A DNA stretch of 62,164 bases from Clostridia bacterium (GCA_017961365.1 JAGCXI010000068.1:1-62164), one strand, 5' to 3'. Shown: positions 36,379-45,977, counted from the first letter of the stretch. Numbers and translations: made by a program. Notes: generated by a model not told the origin, from the letters alone.

Positions 36379-37613
36379 GTGACGCGCGGATATTTCCCTC
36401 TGCATTGAAAGGACGGGTTGCGGCGGCGCCCTCCAAGTCTTACGCGCATCGCCTGCTCATCGCGGCGGCGCTTTCGGGCGGAAGTCTCTCCTTCGGCGAT
36501 TCGGACGACGCCTATCGCACGGCGAAAGGGCTGGAAGCTTTGGGCTTTGAGGCGGCGTTTGAAGGAGATCGCGTTCGTTACGGCGCTTTTCATCCCTCGG
36601 CGGAGGAGAAGATCGTCCGCGTGGGAGAGAGCGGCAGTACGCTGCGTTTCTTGCTTCCTTTGGCGGCGGCGCTTGGCGTGAGCGCGACCTTTCTCAGAGA
36701 GGGAAGGCTTGCGGAACGTCCGATGGGCGCTCTGACCGAGACGCTTCTGGCGCATGGCGCGGCGTCGGACGGCGGGAAGACCCGCGGCGCATTGACGGCG
36801 GGCAGATATGAGATCGACGCGACGGTGAGTTCGCAGTACGTTACGGGACTCTTGATGGCGCTTCCGCTTCTCGAGGGAGACAGCGAGATCGTCCTAAAAG
36901 GGAGAATGGTCTCCGCGCCCTACGTGGAGATCACGTTGGATGTGCTTGGAAAGGCGGGGATCGAGATCCATCGCACGGCGGAAGGCTTTTTCGTCGCGGG
37001 AGGACAAAAATATCATTTGACGGAGAGCCGCGTGCCCGGGGATTTTTCGGGCGCGGCGTTTTATCTCGTCGCGGGGGCGCTCGGCGAGGGCGTCGAGGTG
37101 ACGGGGCTGGATCTTACTTCCGCCCAAGGGGATAAAGCCGTCTTGGACGCGCTCCGAGCGGCGGGGGCGGAGGTCTCCTCGCAAGGGGAGGCGGTGAAGG
37201 TGAAAGGTGGTGCGCTTCGCGCTTTCCGCTTGAACTTGGAAAATATCCCCGATCTTGCGCCGATCCTCTCCGTTCTCGCGGCGTTCGCCAAAGGCGAAAG
37301 CGTCTTTGAAAAAGTGGGCAGACTGCGGGATAAAGAGAGCGACCGTCTCTTTGCCATCCGCGATATGCTCGGACGGGCGGGGATCGAGACCAAAGAGGAA
37401 GGAGACGCCCTCTTTATTCGCGGCGGGAAGCCGAGGGGCGGCGTCTTCGAGAGCTTTTCCGATCATCGAATGTGTATGTCGGCGGCGGTGCTCGCGAGTT
37501 TTGCGGAGGGCGAAAGCCGCGTGAAAGAAGTTGAATGCGTAAGAAAATCCTATCCTTCTTTTTGGGAGGATCTGAAGAAAGTGGGAGGACGATATGAAAT
37601 GGAGAGGAGATAA
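36375..37613 (+). CDS. aroA: 3-phosphoshikimate 1-carboxyvinyltransferase (EPSP synthase)
   Basis: ...PSKSYAHR.L..AALS.G..., GESGSTLRFL, ...DHRM.M. Overlaps tyrA. Confidence 0.88.
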   Translation: MSDARIFPSALKGRVAAAPSKSYAHRLLIAAALSGGSLSFGDSDDAYRTAKGLEALGFEAAFEGDRVRYGAFHPSAEEKIVRVGESGSTLRFLLPLAAALGVSATFLREGRLAERPMGALTETLLAHGAASDGGKTRGALTAGRYEIDATVSSQYVTGLLMALPLLEGDSEIVLKGRMVSAPYVEITLDVLGKAGIEIHRTAEGFFVAGGQKYHLTESRVPGDFSGAAFYLVAGALGEGVEVTGLDLTSAQGDKAVLDALRAAGAEVSSQGEAVKVKGGALRAFRLNLENIPDLAPILSVLAAFAKGESVFEKVGRLRDKESDRLFAIRDMLGRAGIETKEEGDALFIRGGKPRGGVFESFSDHRMCMSAAVLASFAEGESRVKEVECVRKSYPSFWEDLKKVGGRYEMERR

Positions 37614-38640
37614 GATCGCGTTCGAGGTCTACGGCACGTCGCATGCGCCCGAAATAGGCGTCATCGCGAAAGGCGTGCCCGATCTGCCTTGGGAAGAGGC
37701 TGCGCTTCGTCCTTTCCTCGAGCGGAGACGGGCGAAAAACGCCGTGTATTCCACAAAGAGGATGGAGGCGGACGTCCCCGTCATCGAGAGAACGGGAGAG
37801 GAGCTTCGCGCCGTGATCCGCAATGAAAATGTGCGCAGCGGGGATTATAATGAGCTTTACGGCATCCCCCGTCCCTCGCACGCCGATTACGCGGCGCACC
37901 TTTTGGACGGCAGACTGGATTTTTCGGGCGGCGGCGAATTCAGCGGCAGGCTCACGGCGCCTCTTTGCGTGCTCGGCGGGATCGCAAAAGAGATATTGCG
38001 CGGCGCGGGCGTGAAGGTGTCCGCTTGGGTCAGCGAGATCGGCGGCGTCAAGGGCGTCAGCTATAAAGACGGGCTCTCCGAAGCGGCGCTCTCCTGCGGA
38101 GAGGAAGGGAAATGGACCCCCGTGAAGGAAGGGGAAATGCTCTCGGTCATCGAGGGCGCGGCGGCGGAAAAGGACTCCGTCGGCGGCAGGGTGGAATGCG
38201 CCGTCATCGGGCTGCAAGGCGCGGTGGGCGGCGGCTCTTTCGGCTCCTTGGAGGGGAAGATCGCTTCGCTTTTATACCTCATCCCCGCCGTGAAAGCGGT
38301 GGAATTCGGGCTGGGCTTCGGCTTTGCAATCGCATTCGGCTCGCAGGCAAATGACCCCCTGCGGATGGAGGGAGGAGAAGTGCGCGTCGTGAAGAACGAT
38401 GCGGGCGGCATCAATGGCGGCTTGTCCAACGGAAATCCCGTCACGCTCGGCGTCTCCATTCGCCCCACGCCGTCCATCGGACGGAAGCAGGCTTCCGTGG
38501 ATCTTATAAAAAAGGAGAATGCGGAGATCGAGATCAAGGGTAGACACGATGCCTGCATCGTGCCGCGCGTCGTTCCTGTCGTGGAAGCGGCGGTCGCCAT
38601 CGCGCTTTTGGACGCATTGCTTGAAGGAGGAAGATTATGA
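37594..38640 (+). CDS. aroC: Chorismate synthase (divergent N-terminus)
   Basis: RPSHADY, GGGEFSGRLTAP, GGINGGLSNGNP. The N-terminal motif reads YGTSHA instead of the usual GESHG. Overlaps aroA by 20 nt. Confidence 0.8.
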   Translation: MKWRGDKIAFEVYGTSHAPEIGVIAKGVPDLPWEEAALRPFLERRRAKNAVYSTKRMEADVPVIERTGEELRAVIRNENVRSGDYNELYGIPRPSHADYAAHLLDGRLDFSGGGEFSGRLTAPLCVLGGIAKEILRGAGVKVSAWVSEIGGVKGVSYKDGLSEAALSCGEEGKWTPVKEGEMLSVIEGAAAEKDSVGGRVECAVIGLQGAVGGGSFGSLEGKIASLLYLIPAVKAVEFGLGFGFAIAFGSQANDPLRMEGGEVRVVKNDAGGINGGLSNGNPVTLGVSIRPTPSIGRKQASVDLIKKENAEIEIKGRHDACIVPRVVPVVEAAVAIALLDALLEGGRL

Positions 38641-38894
38641 CGGAAATCACGAAACAGAGAGAAGAGATCGACCGTATAGACGCGGCGATCATCCCTTTAT
38701 TGCTTGAGCGCTTCGCCGTCGTCAGGAAGATCGGCGCCGCAAAGAAAGAAGCAGGACTTCCCGTCTTTGACCCCGCGCGAGAAAAAGCCGTTTTGGAGAA
38801 GATCTCGGCGAAAGCGGGGACGGAAGAGGAGAAAAAAGCGCTTTGCGCGGTCTATGAGAGCATCATGACCGCCGCAAAAGAGCTGGAAAAATAA
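38637..38894 (+). CDS. Chorismate mutase (AroQ class)
   Basis: 85 aa. ...REEIDRIDAAIIPLLLERFAVVRKIGAAKKEAGLPVFDPAREKAVL. Confidence 0.8.
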   Translation: MTEITKQREEIDRIDAAIIPLLLERFAVVRKIGAAKKEAGLPVFDPAREKAVLEKISAKAGTEEEKKALCAVYESIMTAAKELEK

Positions 38895-38982
38895 AAAGAT
38901 CCGCTTTGCGGAATGAAACTTTCGAAAAAAGATCTCGGCGACCGCCGAGATCTTCCTTTTTATAGGGGACATTTCCGAAGGA

Positions 38983-39408
38983 TCATTCGCAGATGCGCCT
39001 CAGAAGCGCGTATTCTTCCCGCGTGACTTTATCGTCGCTGACGAGCAGGCAGAGCCCGAAAAGACAGATGTAATGCTTGAGATCGGGGTCGAGCGCGTCG
39101 ATGAAAGCGTCCATCGCCGTGATAAAACGGGGGTTGGTGCCGCCATTGGAGAAATCAAAAAACTCGTCATAGGACATGTCGGTGAATTCGTAGATGTCTT
39201 TCACGAGGCAATATTCTTCCTGCGAGCATTTTTTGTCCGCGCTGACGAAAAGACGGATGCAGTCACAGATCCTGGTGCTCGCCATCTCTTCGCTGAATCC
39301 GATCGCGAAAAGCCCGTCGCTGATCTCTTGCACGCATTTTCTGCCGAGTGTCACCTTCTGGTCGTAATTCAGATCGATCGTCGTCAATATCATTTCATCT
39401 AACGTCAT
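38983..39408 (-). CDS. Hypothetical protein (possibly TerB-like helical fold)
   Basis: GGAGGAAGAAT RBS. 141 aa, helical, acidic. No firm motif. Confidence 0.5.
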   Translation of the reverse strand: MTLDEMILTTIDLNYDQKVTLGRKCVQEISDGLFAIGFSEEMASTRICDCIRLFVSADKKCSQEEYCLVKDIYEFTDMSYDEFFDFSNGGTNPRFITAMDAFIDALDPDLKHYICLFGLCLLVSDDKVTREEYALLRRICE

Positions 39409-39719
39409 ATTCTTCCTCCGAAAAGAGCATGCATTTATGATACAGGATTTTTACAACTCTTGTAAAGAACTTTTGCGGGAAAGGCGCGTATGTGATCGCG
39501 GGAAGAAGGAAAATGATGCTTTTCGGGCGGCGTTTTCGCGCCTTTTTCTTTTTCGCCGCGGCGTCTCTTCGCTCGTCGCATTTCAAGGGGTTCGCAAGGG
39601 GCTTTAAGGGGCGGAAGAAGGGAGAAGAACTCCCGCCAGAAGCATTGACGAACGCCCCGAAACGTGCTATACTGACCGAAGACGCGGCGGGAAGTTTTTT
39701 GCGGCGTCGGGAGGAAAGA

Positions 39720-40448
39720 ATGAAAAAGTTTCTCAGCATCCTTGCTTTTTGCGTCGCCGCGGTCTTTACGCTCGTGGGGGCGGTGGCGATCCTGAAGACG
39801 GGGCAGACCGCCATCGGGATCGCGATGCTCGTCGGCGCCGGACTTTTTGCGGCGCTTGGCATTTTCCTTCGGAAAAAGAGGAGGAGACGCCCCTCCAAGC
39901 CGCGCGGGAGCAGAGGCGCTTCCCGCAAGACACCGAAGGTCAAGACGTCTTCCGGGAAAGGAAGATCCTCCGGGCGTCCCGAAAAGAAGGAGCCGAAAAA
40001 GCCCGTAGAGCCTAAGGTCGAGCCGAAGAAAGCGGAGCCCGAAGAAAAGAGCGCGCCCAAGAAGACGGCAGAGCCTTTGAAGCCGAGGAAAGCCGACCCC
40101 GTTTCCGAGCCTGCGTCGCCCGAACCTCCCGCGGAAGAAGAGAAGGACGTCGCCACGCAGGTGCGCGAGCTTGCGGAAAGCGCGAAAGAGGGCTATGTCT
40201 ATGCGTCGGATAACGGCATCGCGAAGATCAAAGAAGTGGCGGTCTCCGAGGCGGAGACGCATTTTGCGATCGAGCTCGTCGTCGAGATATCCTTCTTTCA
40301 AGGCAAGCTTGCGGACGAAGTCGCCGTCAAGGCGGAGACGAATCACGTCATCGCCGCGGTCAATGAGAAGATCAAATGGCTGAAGACCCGAGCGGAGAAG
40401 CTCGGCGCGGAGACGGAGATCGACGCGCAGTACGATTTCAACGAATAA
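39720..40448 (+). CDS. Membrane protein with a Lys/Pro/Glu-rich disordered linker
   Basis: ATG at 39720. Two TM helices, a KKRRRRPSKPRGS... basic low-complexity region, and a folded C-terminus. Confidence 0.6.
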   Translation: MKKFLSILAFCVAAVFTLVGAVAILKTGQTAIGIAMLVGAGLFAALGIFLRKKRRRRPSKPRGSRGASRKTPKVKTSSGKGRSSGRPEKKEPKKPVEPKVEPKKAEPEEKSAPKKTAEPLKPRKADPVSEPASPEPPAEEEKDVATQVRELAESAKEGYVYASDNGIAKIKEVAVSEAETHFAIELVVEISFFQGKLADEVAVKAETNHVIAAVNEKIKWLKTRAEKLGAETEIDAQYDFNE

Positions 40449-40635
40449 TAATCTATTATAAAAAGGCTTCCCCGAAAAACTTCTTGACTGCAAGAAAAAA
40501 AATGACGCGGGGAAGTCTTTTTTTTATCGTTTGCGCCACGCCCCGATTCCTCGGGTGAAGAAAAGTGAATTGTCAAACTAAGTGCAAAGCGTTTATGAAG
40601 GGAATCTGCTTCTCCCCATACTTCGGTCAGCCGCT

Positions 40636-40663
40636 AAAAAAGCGCCAAGTCAAGGCGCTTTTT
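40636..40663. terminator. Bidirectional terminator at the chromosome/element junction
   Basis: AAAAA-AGCGCC-AAGTCAA-GGCGCT-TTTTT. Confidence 0.65.
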
Positions 40664-40680
40664 CCAAACGCTCTCGGTTC

Positions 40681-42264
40681 TCACCCCTTGCTTAGGCAAA
40701 AATAAAAAATGTCGGAAAAATCCGACATTTTTCTGGTTGGTGGGCAGTAACTCTTTTGTTTAGAACTCTGGGAACGCAAAGAAGAGGGGGTTGTTTCCGC
40801 TATTTCGGACTCAACTTTTTGAAGTTGTTCTTTAGTCTTTTTCAGAGTGGGGAAATCGTCCGTAAAGTTATAGGTTATTACTATTCTATCATCATATAAT
40901 AGCACCTCTCGCACGAAGGTATTTATCAGCTGTTTTTTGAGATCAATATTGGTCGGATCGGTAAAGAACTCTGCCCTCAAAAAGTCCTCGATTTGCTCGA
41001 CGGTCAAATAGGCAAAATTACGGTTTTTCTCTTTCTCAATATCCACGTCAAGGATGGCGATTTCGGTTTCAAGTTCTTTCAGCCTGCTTTTCGTTGCCTC
41101 GGTGATGATCCCTTGTTCAATGGCTTTAATCATATTGGTTTGAGCACGTATCGCATCCCTTTGTTTTTGCTCTAACGCTCGGAGCGCCGTATGATCCTGC
41201 ATACCGTTTTTGTGCATTTTGAAAACCTGTGTGGCGATCTCGTGAATGTTCGCATTTTCGCAAAGAAGCCTCGCCGTCGTATGGACGACGATATCCTCAA
41301 TCACTTGTTTCTTGATTGCGCGCGTCGGACACTTTTTCTTCCGCCCTCTACCGGGGAGACAATCATAATAATAGTGGGTAGCGCCCGTCTTGGAACGTCC
41401 GCTGACACCGGACATCCTTCGTTTGCAGTTACCGCAAAACAGTTTCCCCGAAAGGATGAAGTCGCAAATCTCTTTCTTGCGGCAGGGAGCAAGCTTGTTT
41501 TCCTCGTTTATTGCGCTAACGGCTCTCCATAATTCCTCGGAGATGATGCGAGGGAAGATCTTGTCATAAACGATGCCTTGATGTTCGACGATTCCCGTAT
41601 AACGCACATCGTGTAAAAGGTCGTAAAGGTATTTCAAGTTAAGCGGTCTGCCGTTCTTCCTTCGATACCCCCGCTTCTCAAAATTAGCCAAAATGGCAGG
41701 GACGGTGTATCCCTTTGCATACTCCGTGAAGGCTTCAATGACGATATTGCTTTCGTATGGATTGATGACGCACCTTTTATCTACGACGTCGTATCCGAAA
41801 ACCGCTTTGCCCCCTCCGGTCTGACCTTTGCTCCAGCTCTCCCTCAGCCCGCGATTGACCTTTTGTTTCAGCTCCGCCGAATAGTATTGGTTCATACCCT
41901 CCAGCAAGCTTTCGAGGATGATACCCTCGGGGCTGTCGGGAATATTCTCCATCGCGGATACGAGTTTGACGCCGTTTTCTCTCAAGGTGTGTTTATGGAT
42001 AGTCGTTTCGTACTTGTCTCGAGAAAAACGGTCTAACTTGTAGACCAAAACGATCTCCCATTGACCTTTGGCACTATCTCGAATCATCCTCTGGAAATCC
42101 GGTCTCATATCGTTCGTGCCCGACATCGCGCGGTCGATATAGGTATCCACGATCAAAATATCGTTGCTTTTGGCGTAATCCTTACAAACGCGGAGTTGTC
42201 CTTCGATCGACTGCTCCGTTTGGCTATCGCAGGAATACCTTGCATAAATCACTGCTTTCTTCAT
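40681..42264 (-). CDS. Large serine recombinase (integrase)
   Basis: MKKAVIYARYSCDSQ...SIEGQ (resolvase catalytic Ser domain), recombinase domain, Cys4 zinc ribbon CGNCKRRM...YYYDC, and a coiled-coil C-terminal region. 527 aa. Confidence 0.88.
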   Translation of the reverse strand: MKKAVIYARYSCDSQTEQSIEGQLRVCKDYAKSNDILIVDTYIDRAMSGTNDMRPDFQRMIRDSAKGQWEIVLVYKLDRFSRDKYETTIHKHTLRENGVKLVSAMENIPDSPEGIILESLLEGMNQYYSAELKQKVNRGLRESWSKGQTGGGKAVFGYDVVDKRCVINPYESNIVIEAFTEYAKGYTVPAILANFEKRGYRRKNGRPLNLKYLYDLLHDVRYTGIVEHQGIVYDKIFPRIISEELWRAVSAINEENKLAPCRKKEICDFILSGKLFCGNCKRRMSGVSGRSKTGATHYYYDCLPGRGRKKKCPTRAIKKQVIEDIVVHTTARLLCENANIHEIATQVFKMHKNGMQDHTALRALEQKQRDAIRAQTNMIKAIEQGIITEATKSRLKELETEIAILDVDIEKEKNRNFAYLTVEQIEDFLRAEFFTDPTNIDLKKQLINTFVREVLLYDDRIVITYNFTDDFPTLKKTKEQLQKVESEIAETTPSSLRSQSSKQKSYCPPTRKMSDFSDIFYFCLSKG

Positions 42265-42489
42265 TTCATTCTCCTTTTTCTTTTATTTTGTCTTTCGACG
42301 GAAACCCGTTCAGCCGAGGGTGGAGACAGCAGTCAAGGAAGAAGAAAAAACTTATAGGTCATCGTTATCTTTCTTTATGGTTTTTCCTATAATTTTTTCC
42401 CTTTACGGCTGGATCCGCACTCGGGTAGGCTTTCCGCAGAGAAAGATAAAATTGCCTGTCTTTCTCTTTGAAATGAAGATTACGAACTC

Positions 42490-42560
42490 AATATGAAAGC
42501 CTTTTTCATATTCAAGATTTTTCGGTAAATCCATTCAATGTGAAAAATGCCTTCATATTC
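42490..42560. promoter_or_regulatory. Two related palindromic candidate operators (AATATGAAA-N5-TTTCATATT at 42490-42512; imperfect CAATGTGAA-N7-TTCATATTC at 42536-42560)
   Basis: Read from the sequence. A 21-nt stretch TGAAAAATGCCTTCATATTCG (42541-42561) recurs exactly at 43336-43356. Confidence 0.5.
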
Positions 42561-42790
42561 GTCCGATATGCTGTTCTCACCAAGGAAAAGGAGGATGAAA
42601 AAGATCGTGAACAAGAGTACTGCTTTACGGCGAAATGAAGACCCGAGGAAGGTATGCGCGGTGGGTGTTCCCAAGTTTTCCAATCTGCCCAAACAAGACG
42701 CAAGCGTCTTGTTTTCCGCTCTCGTATCAATCGTAAACGAGCATTTCAAAGTGACATCGAAAAAAGGTTAAAAAACTTTCTTTCGGGGTC

Positions 42791-42819
42791 TTGACAGACA
42801 CCTTTTTATGATATATAAT
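42791..42819 (+). promoter_or_regulatory. Consensus sigma-70 promoter driving the plus-strand genes of the element
   Basis: TTGACA (42791-42796), 17-nt spacer, TATAAT (42814-42819). Confidence 0.65.
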
Positions 42820-42940
42820 AGCCTTGCGATATGAACAAATGTTCGTATTAAATAAGGCAAAAAGAGGTAAAAAGGACTGATAAAATGCAAAAATCTAGCG
42901 GCTTGTGTGTGGCGACCTCTTATACGGGAGGTGAGATTAT

Positions 42941-43135
42941 ATGCAAGACAAATGGATTGCCCCGCTGGAGCGATACTGCGGAAACTGCGGAATGCACCTA
43001 TACGGATGCGCGGATGCAAAAGGATTTGTGAAATTTCAATGTCCCCGCTGCGGTATGGTGTGTACGATGAAAAAGAAAAGCAGGAGGTTGGTGCATATTG
43101 AGGAATATGCGCCGCAAGGAGAACAATTTATATAG
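42941..43135 (+). CDS. Small double CxxC zinc-ribbon protein
   Basis: GGGAGGTGAG RBS. CGNCG...CPRCG, 64 aa. Confidence 0.6.
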   Translation: MQDKWIAPLERYCGNCGMHLYGCADAKGFVKFQCPRCGMVCTMKKKSRRLVHIEEYAPQGEQFI

Positions 43136-43330
43136 AATAACGACGGTAAGGTCTGTCGGCTGAAAAAGCGCCGGGTGTTGTGTAAATCCTTATCAGGTCA
43201 TATTCCGAAAACAGTCGGAAGTTAATCCGAGAAAATCGAGAGGCTCCGACGGATGGATTTTTCCTTTATGGGAAGGGTCTGTCTGTCGGGGCCTTTTTTG
43301 TTCTCCTCAAAAAAATCAAAAAACTTTTAC

Positions 43331-43355
43331 GAATATGAAAAATGCCTTCATATTC
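43331..43355. promoter_or_regulatory. Perfect 9-7-9 palindrome GAATATGAA-AAATGCC-TTCATATTC upstream of the HTH gene (candidate operator)
   Basis: Read from the sequence, 50 nt upstream of the ATG at 43406. Confidence 0.55.
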
Positions 43356-43405
43356 GCCAAATAGAATGCAATCGTAAGTTCGGAAAAAGGAGGTGAAGAT
43401 CGGAA

Positions 43406-43747
43406 ATGACGGCGACGGAAAGACGGCAAGCCATCTTGGAAACGTTGTGTGTCAGACGCCACGAAACGAGCGCAAATCTCGCGTTCGAGTTCGGCGTAAC
43501 TGTTCGCACGATCGTTAATGATGTGTTGCTTCTTTCGCTTGAATATCCGATCTATACCCAGAAAGGCGGTGGCGGCGGCATTTTTGTAGAGAATGGTTAC
43601 TATCTTCACAAATCGCGCTTTGCCGATGCTGAACTGGATGTTTTGGAGGAAGCGCTCCCTTACTTTTCCGGAAAGAAAAGGGAAATACTGCTCGGAATAA
43701 TTTTGAAACACGGAGGTGAAAAACGACATGGAAAAAAGCATCAATGA
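43406..43747 (+). CDS. HTH (DeoR/HTH_11-type) DNA-binding protein
   Basis: AAAGGAGGTGAAG RBS. ERRQAILETLCVRRHETSANLAFEFGVTVRTIVNDV is a winged-HTH pattern. Confidence 0.65.
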   Translation: MTATERRQAILETLCVRRHETSANLAFEFGVTVRTIVNDVLLLSLEYPIYTQKGGGGGIFVENGYYLHKSRFADAELDVLEEALPYFSGKKREILLGIILKHGGEKRHGKKHQ

Positions 43748-43976
43748 TTTGCTTGAAGGAGCAACTAACGTTTATCGGACGCGGGATTACATTGTGAAGC
43801 AAGAGATCGAAGTATTGGTCAATCGCCATGATAACAATGCCGTAGTCAGTCATGATACGTTCATTCGTCGAACGAAGCTTCGGGATAGATTCTATGAGAT
43901 CCTGTTCTGCGCTCGTAAGAATATCGACGGAAAACGCTTGCCCAGCACTATGTACGATCGAAAGTACGTAGTCTAA
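43728..43976 (+). CDS. Hypothetical protein
   Basis: ATG at 43728 after GGAGGTG. Overlaps the end of the HTH gene. 82 aa. Confidence 0.45.
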   Translation: MEKSINDLLEGATNVYRTRDYIVKQEIEVLVNRHDNNAVVSHDTFIRRTKLRDRFYEILFCARKNIDGKRLPSTMYDRKYVV

Positions 43977-44214
43977 TCAATTTGGGTTTATCGAACGCAG
44001 AGATATAACCGATCGTTCGAGCGGTACTTGCAAGATAAGAGTGGCCACTCACCGTAAGAAATCGCCCGAAACGAGATGTTTCAACAAATTGCGTTCGTTA
44101 CCGATACAACTGAATAGCGGCAAACAGATCTGAGCGAGGAGCTGGATCAAAAAAAGCCGCACCGCTGTGCTATCGGCGTCACGGGCAACGATACCACAAA
44201 GAGGAGGAAACAAT

Positions 44215-44499
44215 ATGTCGAACAAATCGTCCGGAGCGGGCTCTGCCGGTAAGTACAACAACCGCAGATGGTCCGTTCCTTCCAAGCGTGCAAAAGCATA
44301 CGCGGAAGACAGAAAGGCGAAAGTCCATACCTATGGTAAGAAGGAAGGTCAGCAGCTCACCGACTACGAAGCCGGTATGCGTTCCGGTTACCTGCAATGC
44401 CAAGGGGATCACGCCGGTCTGTACAAGTACAAGAAAGCCCTTGCGGAGGGCAAATCTAAGAGCGAGGCAAAGAAGATCTCGCAACAGAAAAAGAAATAA
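44215..44499 (+). CDS. Lys-rich small basic protein (candidate nucleic-acid-binding protein)
   Basis: ATG at 44215 after AGAGGAGGAAACAAT. 94 aa with a KKISQQKKK tail. Confidence 0.55.
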   Translation: MSNKSSGAGSAGKYNNRRWSVPSKRAKAYAEDRKAKVHTYGKKEGQQLTDYEAGMRSGYLQCQGDHAGLYKYKKALAEGKSKSEAKKISQQKKK

Positions 44500-44517
44500 A
44501 AGGAGGAAAAACAGAGA

Positions 44518-44859
44518 ATGAGCAACAAGATTTTTGTGGAAAGAGACACCTACGAGAGTAAGGGTAAGACCTATTACTCTTATTTCATCAAGGGACAAAT
44601 CAGAGGTAAGGACGTTCGCGTCGCCATCGTTCCCCCGGATCTCGGCGGATATGCCGTTTTGGAGATCGTCTTCGGAGAAGCTATGGCTGCGGAACTCATC
44701 GCCAAACCGTTTGAGATCAAGGACGACAAGACGGGTTCCGTCATCAGCGGAAACACCTATATGGTCCGCACCGAAGACGAAAACGGCATGGTGTACGAGT
44801 GCAATGTCAAGCCTTTCCGTTCGTCCGATAAATCGCTTCTCAATATGCTTTTGAGATAA
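44518..44859 (+). CDS. Hypothetical 113-aa protein (candidate ssDNA-binding/OB-like; speculative)
   Basis: AAAGGAGGAAAAAC RBS. Beta-strand-rich sequence. Its position resembles gene V in filamentous phages. Confidence 0.5.
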   Translation: MSNKIFVERDTYESKGKTYYSYFIKGQIRGKDVRVAIVPPDLGGYAVLEIVFGEAMAAELIAKPFEIKDDKTGSVISGNTYMVRTEDENGMVYECNVKPFRSSDKSLLNMLLR

Positions 44860-44870
44860 GGAGGTAAAAC

Positions 44871-45977
44871 ATGGAATTCAGTAAAGAAAAAATCAGATGG
44901 ATCATTATCATCTCGGCAATTCTCGTCATCCTCGGTCTCACGATCGCGGCGGTCGTCGTTTCGCAGAAGCAAGCCGCGCAAGTAAATGAAACCGTGTCGG
45001 AATTGCTCCTTGAGGATAACTCGGAAACCCTTTCGGCAGAACCTATCGCCATCACGACCATTTCCGGAAGCGGCATTATGGTGCTTGAAAAACCGATGTA
45101 CCTTGGTGCCGGTGACGGCGGTAGCGGCGATTCTGCGTTCGCAAAGACCCTCACCGCAACCGTCCTTCCCGTGGACGCACCGGATAAGAGCGTGGATTGG
45201 TCTGTCGCTTGGGCATCGGACGCAAGTCGTAGTTCCCAACAGGTTAATCAGTATATTACTGTTACCCCGAATGCAGACGGCTCTAACGTCGCAGTCGTTC
45301 GTTGCTTGAAGAGTTTCGAGGGAGACCACATCCTTGTCACGGTCACGACCCGCGTAGGTGGCTTCTCTGCAACCTGTCAGGTGGAGTATGTCGGTGTGCC
45401 GCAGACCATGACGATTAACACGACCGGTAAGACGGTAAAAACCGATACTGCTTGGAACAAGTCCATGGTGGAATTACAGTGCGGTTCGGAATACTATTTC
45501 GACCTCGATCTGGATAACGAACTTCATGCGGTCGGATCTTCGTATGGCAACTATACTTTCTCGGTCGCCGCTTATGGTTCGGTTGACGTCAACGTTCATG
45601 CTCACAACAATTCGACCGGAGAGGATACTTATTCCGTTGAAACGGAAGAGCATAAGGTCGGAGATGTTCTTGAATCAAGTGGCTATATTTATACCTTCTT
45701 CTCTGAGCCCAGTAGTCTTCTCCCGGTGGTTCATGTTGAATTGCGTGATGGCAAACTGTATGTGAAAGCCGAAAGAGCAATTTCTTCGCTCAGTGGGATA
45801 AACGGTAACCGTGGTGGCTATGCCGAGAGATCATTCAAGCAGTACACCGACGGTAAGTGCCCGTATGCCACCATCACCGTGACTGAGACCACGACCGGCC
45901 TTTCCAAGTCTATTAACGTGAAGACCATCGCGACCGTCACGAACGTGAATATGTCTGCCGCAACGATGTCCTTCTGA
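44871..45977 (+). CDS. N-terminally anchored membrane protein with a Big_2-like Ig segment
   Basis: TAAGGAGGTAAAAC RBS. TM segment IRWIIIISAILVILGLTIAAVVV. ...LTATVLPVDAPDKSVDWSVAWASD...ITVTPNADGSNVAVVRCLKSFEGDHILVTVTT..GGFSATCQVEY resembles bacterial Ig-like group 2. Confidence 0.65.
   Translation: MEFSKEKIRWIIIISAILVILGLTIAAVVVSQKQAAQVNETVSELLLEDNSETLSAEPIAITTISGSGIMVLEKPMYLGAGDGGSGDSAFAKTLTATVLPVDAPDKSVDWSVAWASDASRSSQQVNQYITVTPNADGSNVAVVRCLKSFEGDHILVTVTTRVGGFSATCQVEYVGVPQTMTINTTGKTVKTDTAWNKSMVELQCGSEYYFDLDLDNELHAVGSSYGNYTFSVAAYGSVDVNVHAHNNSTGEDTYSVETEEHKVGDVLESSGYIYTFFSEPSSLLPVVHVELRDGKLYVKAERAISSLSGINGNRGGYAERSFKQYTDGKCPYATITVTETTTGLSKSINVKTIATVTNVNMSAATMSF

Noticed and set aside
32665-36405. 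Long minus-strand ORFs (32665..34104, 34478..35707, 35260..36405) opposite the MBL hydrolase and aro genes
   Set aside because: The plus-strand genes carry clear catalytic motifs and overlapping operon structure. The antisense ORFs are compositional artefacts.
42547-42771. 74-aa plus-strand ORF (internal MKKIVNK... start after AGGAGG) in the recombinase-promoter spacer
   Set aside because: The AGGAGG directly abuts the ATG with no spacing. The ORF contains a perfect terminator-like hairpin (42689-42716) and overlaps the candidate operator sites. More likely non-coding regulatory DNA.
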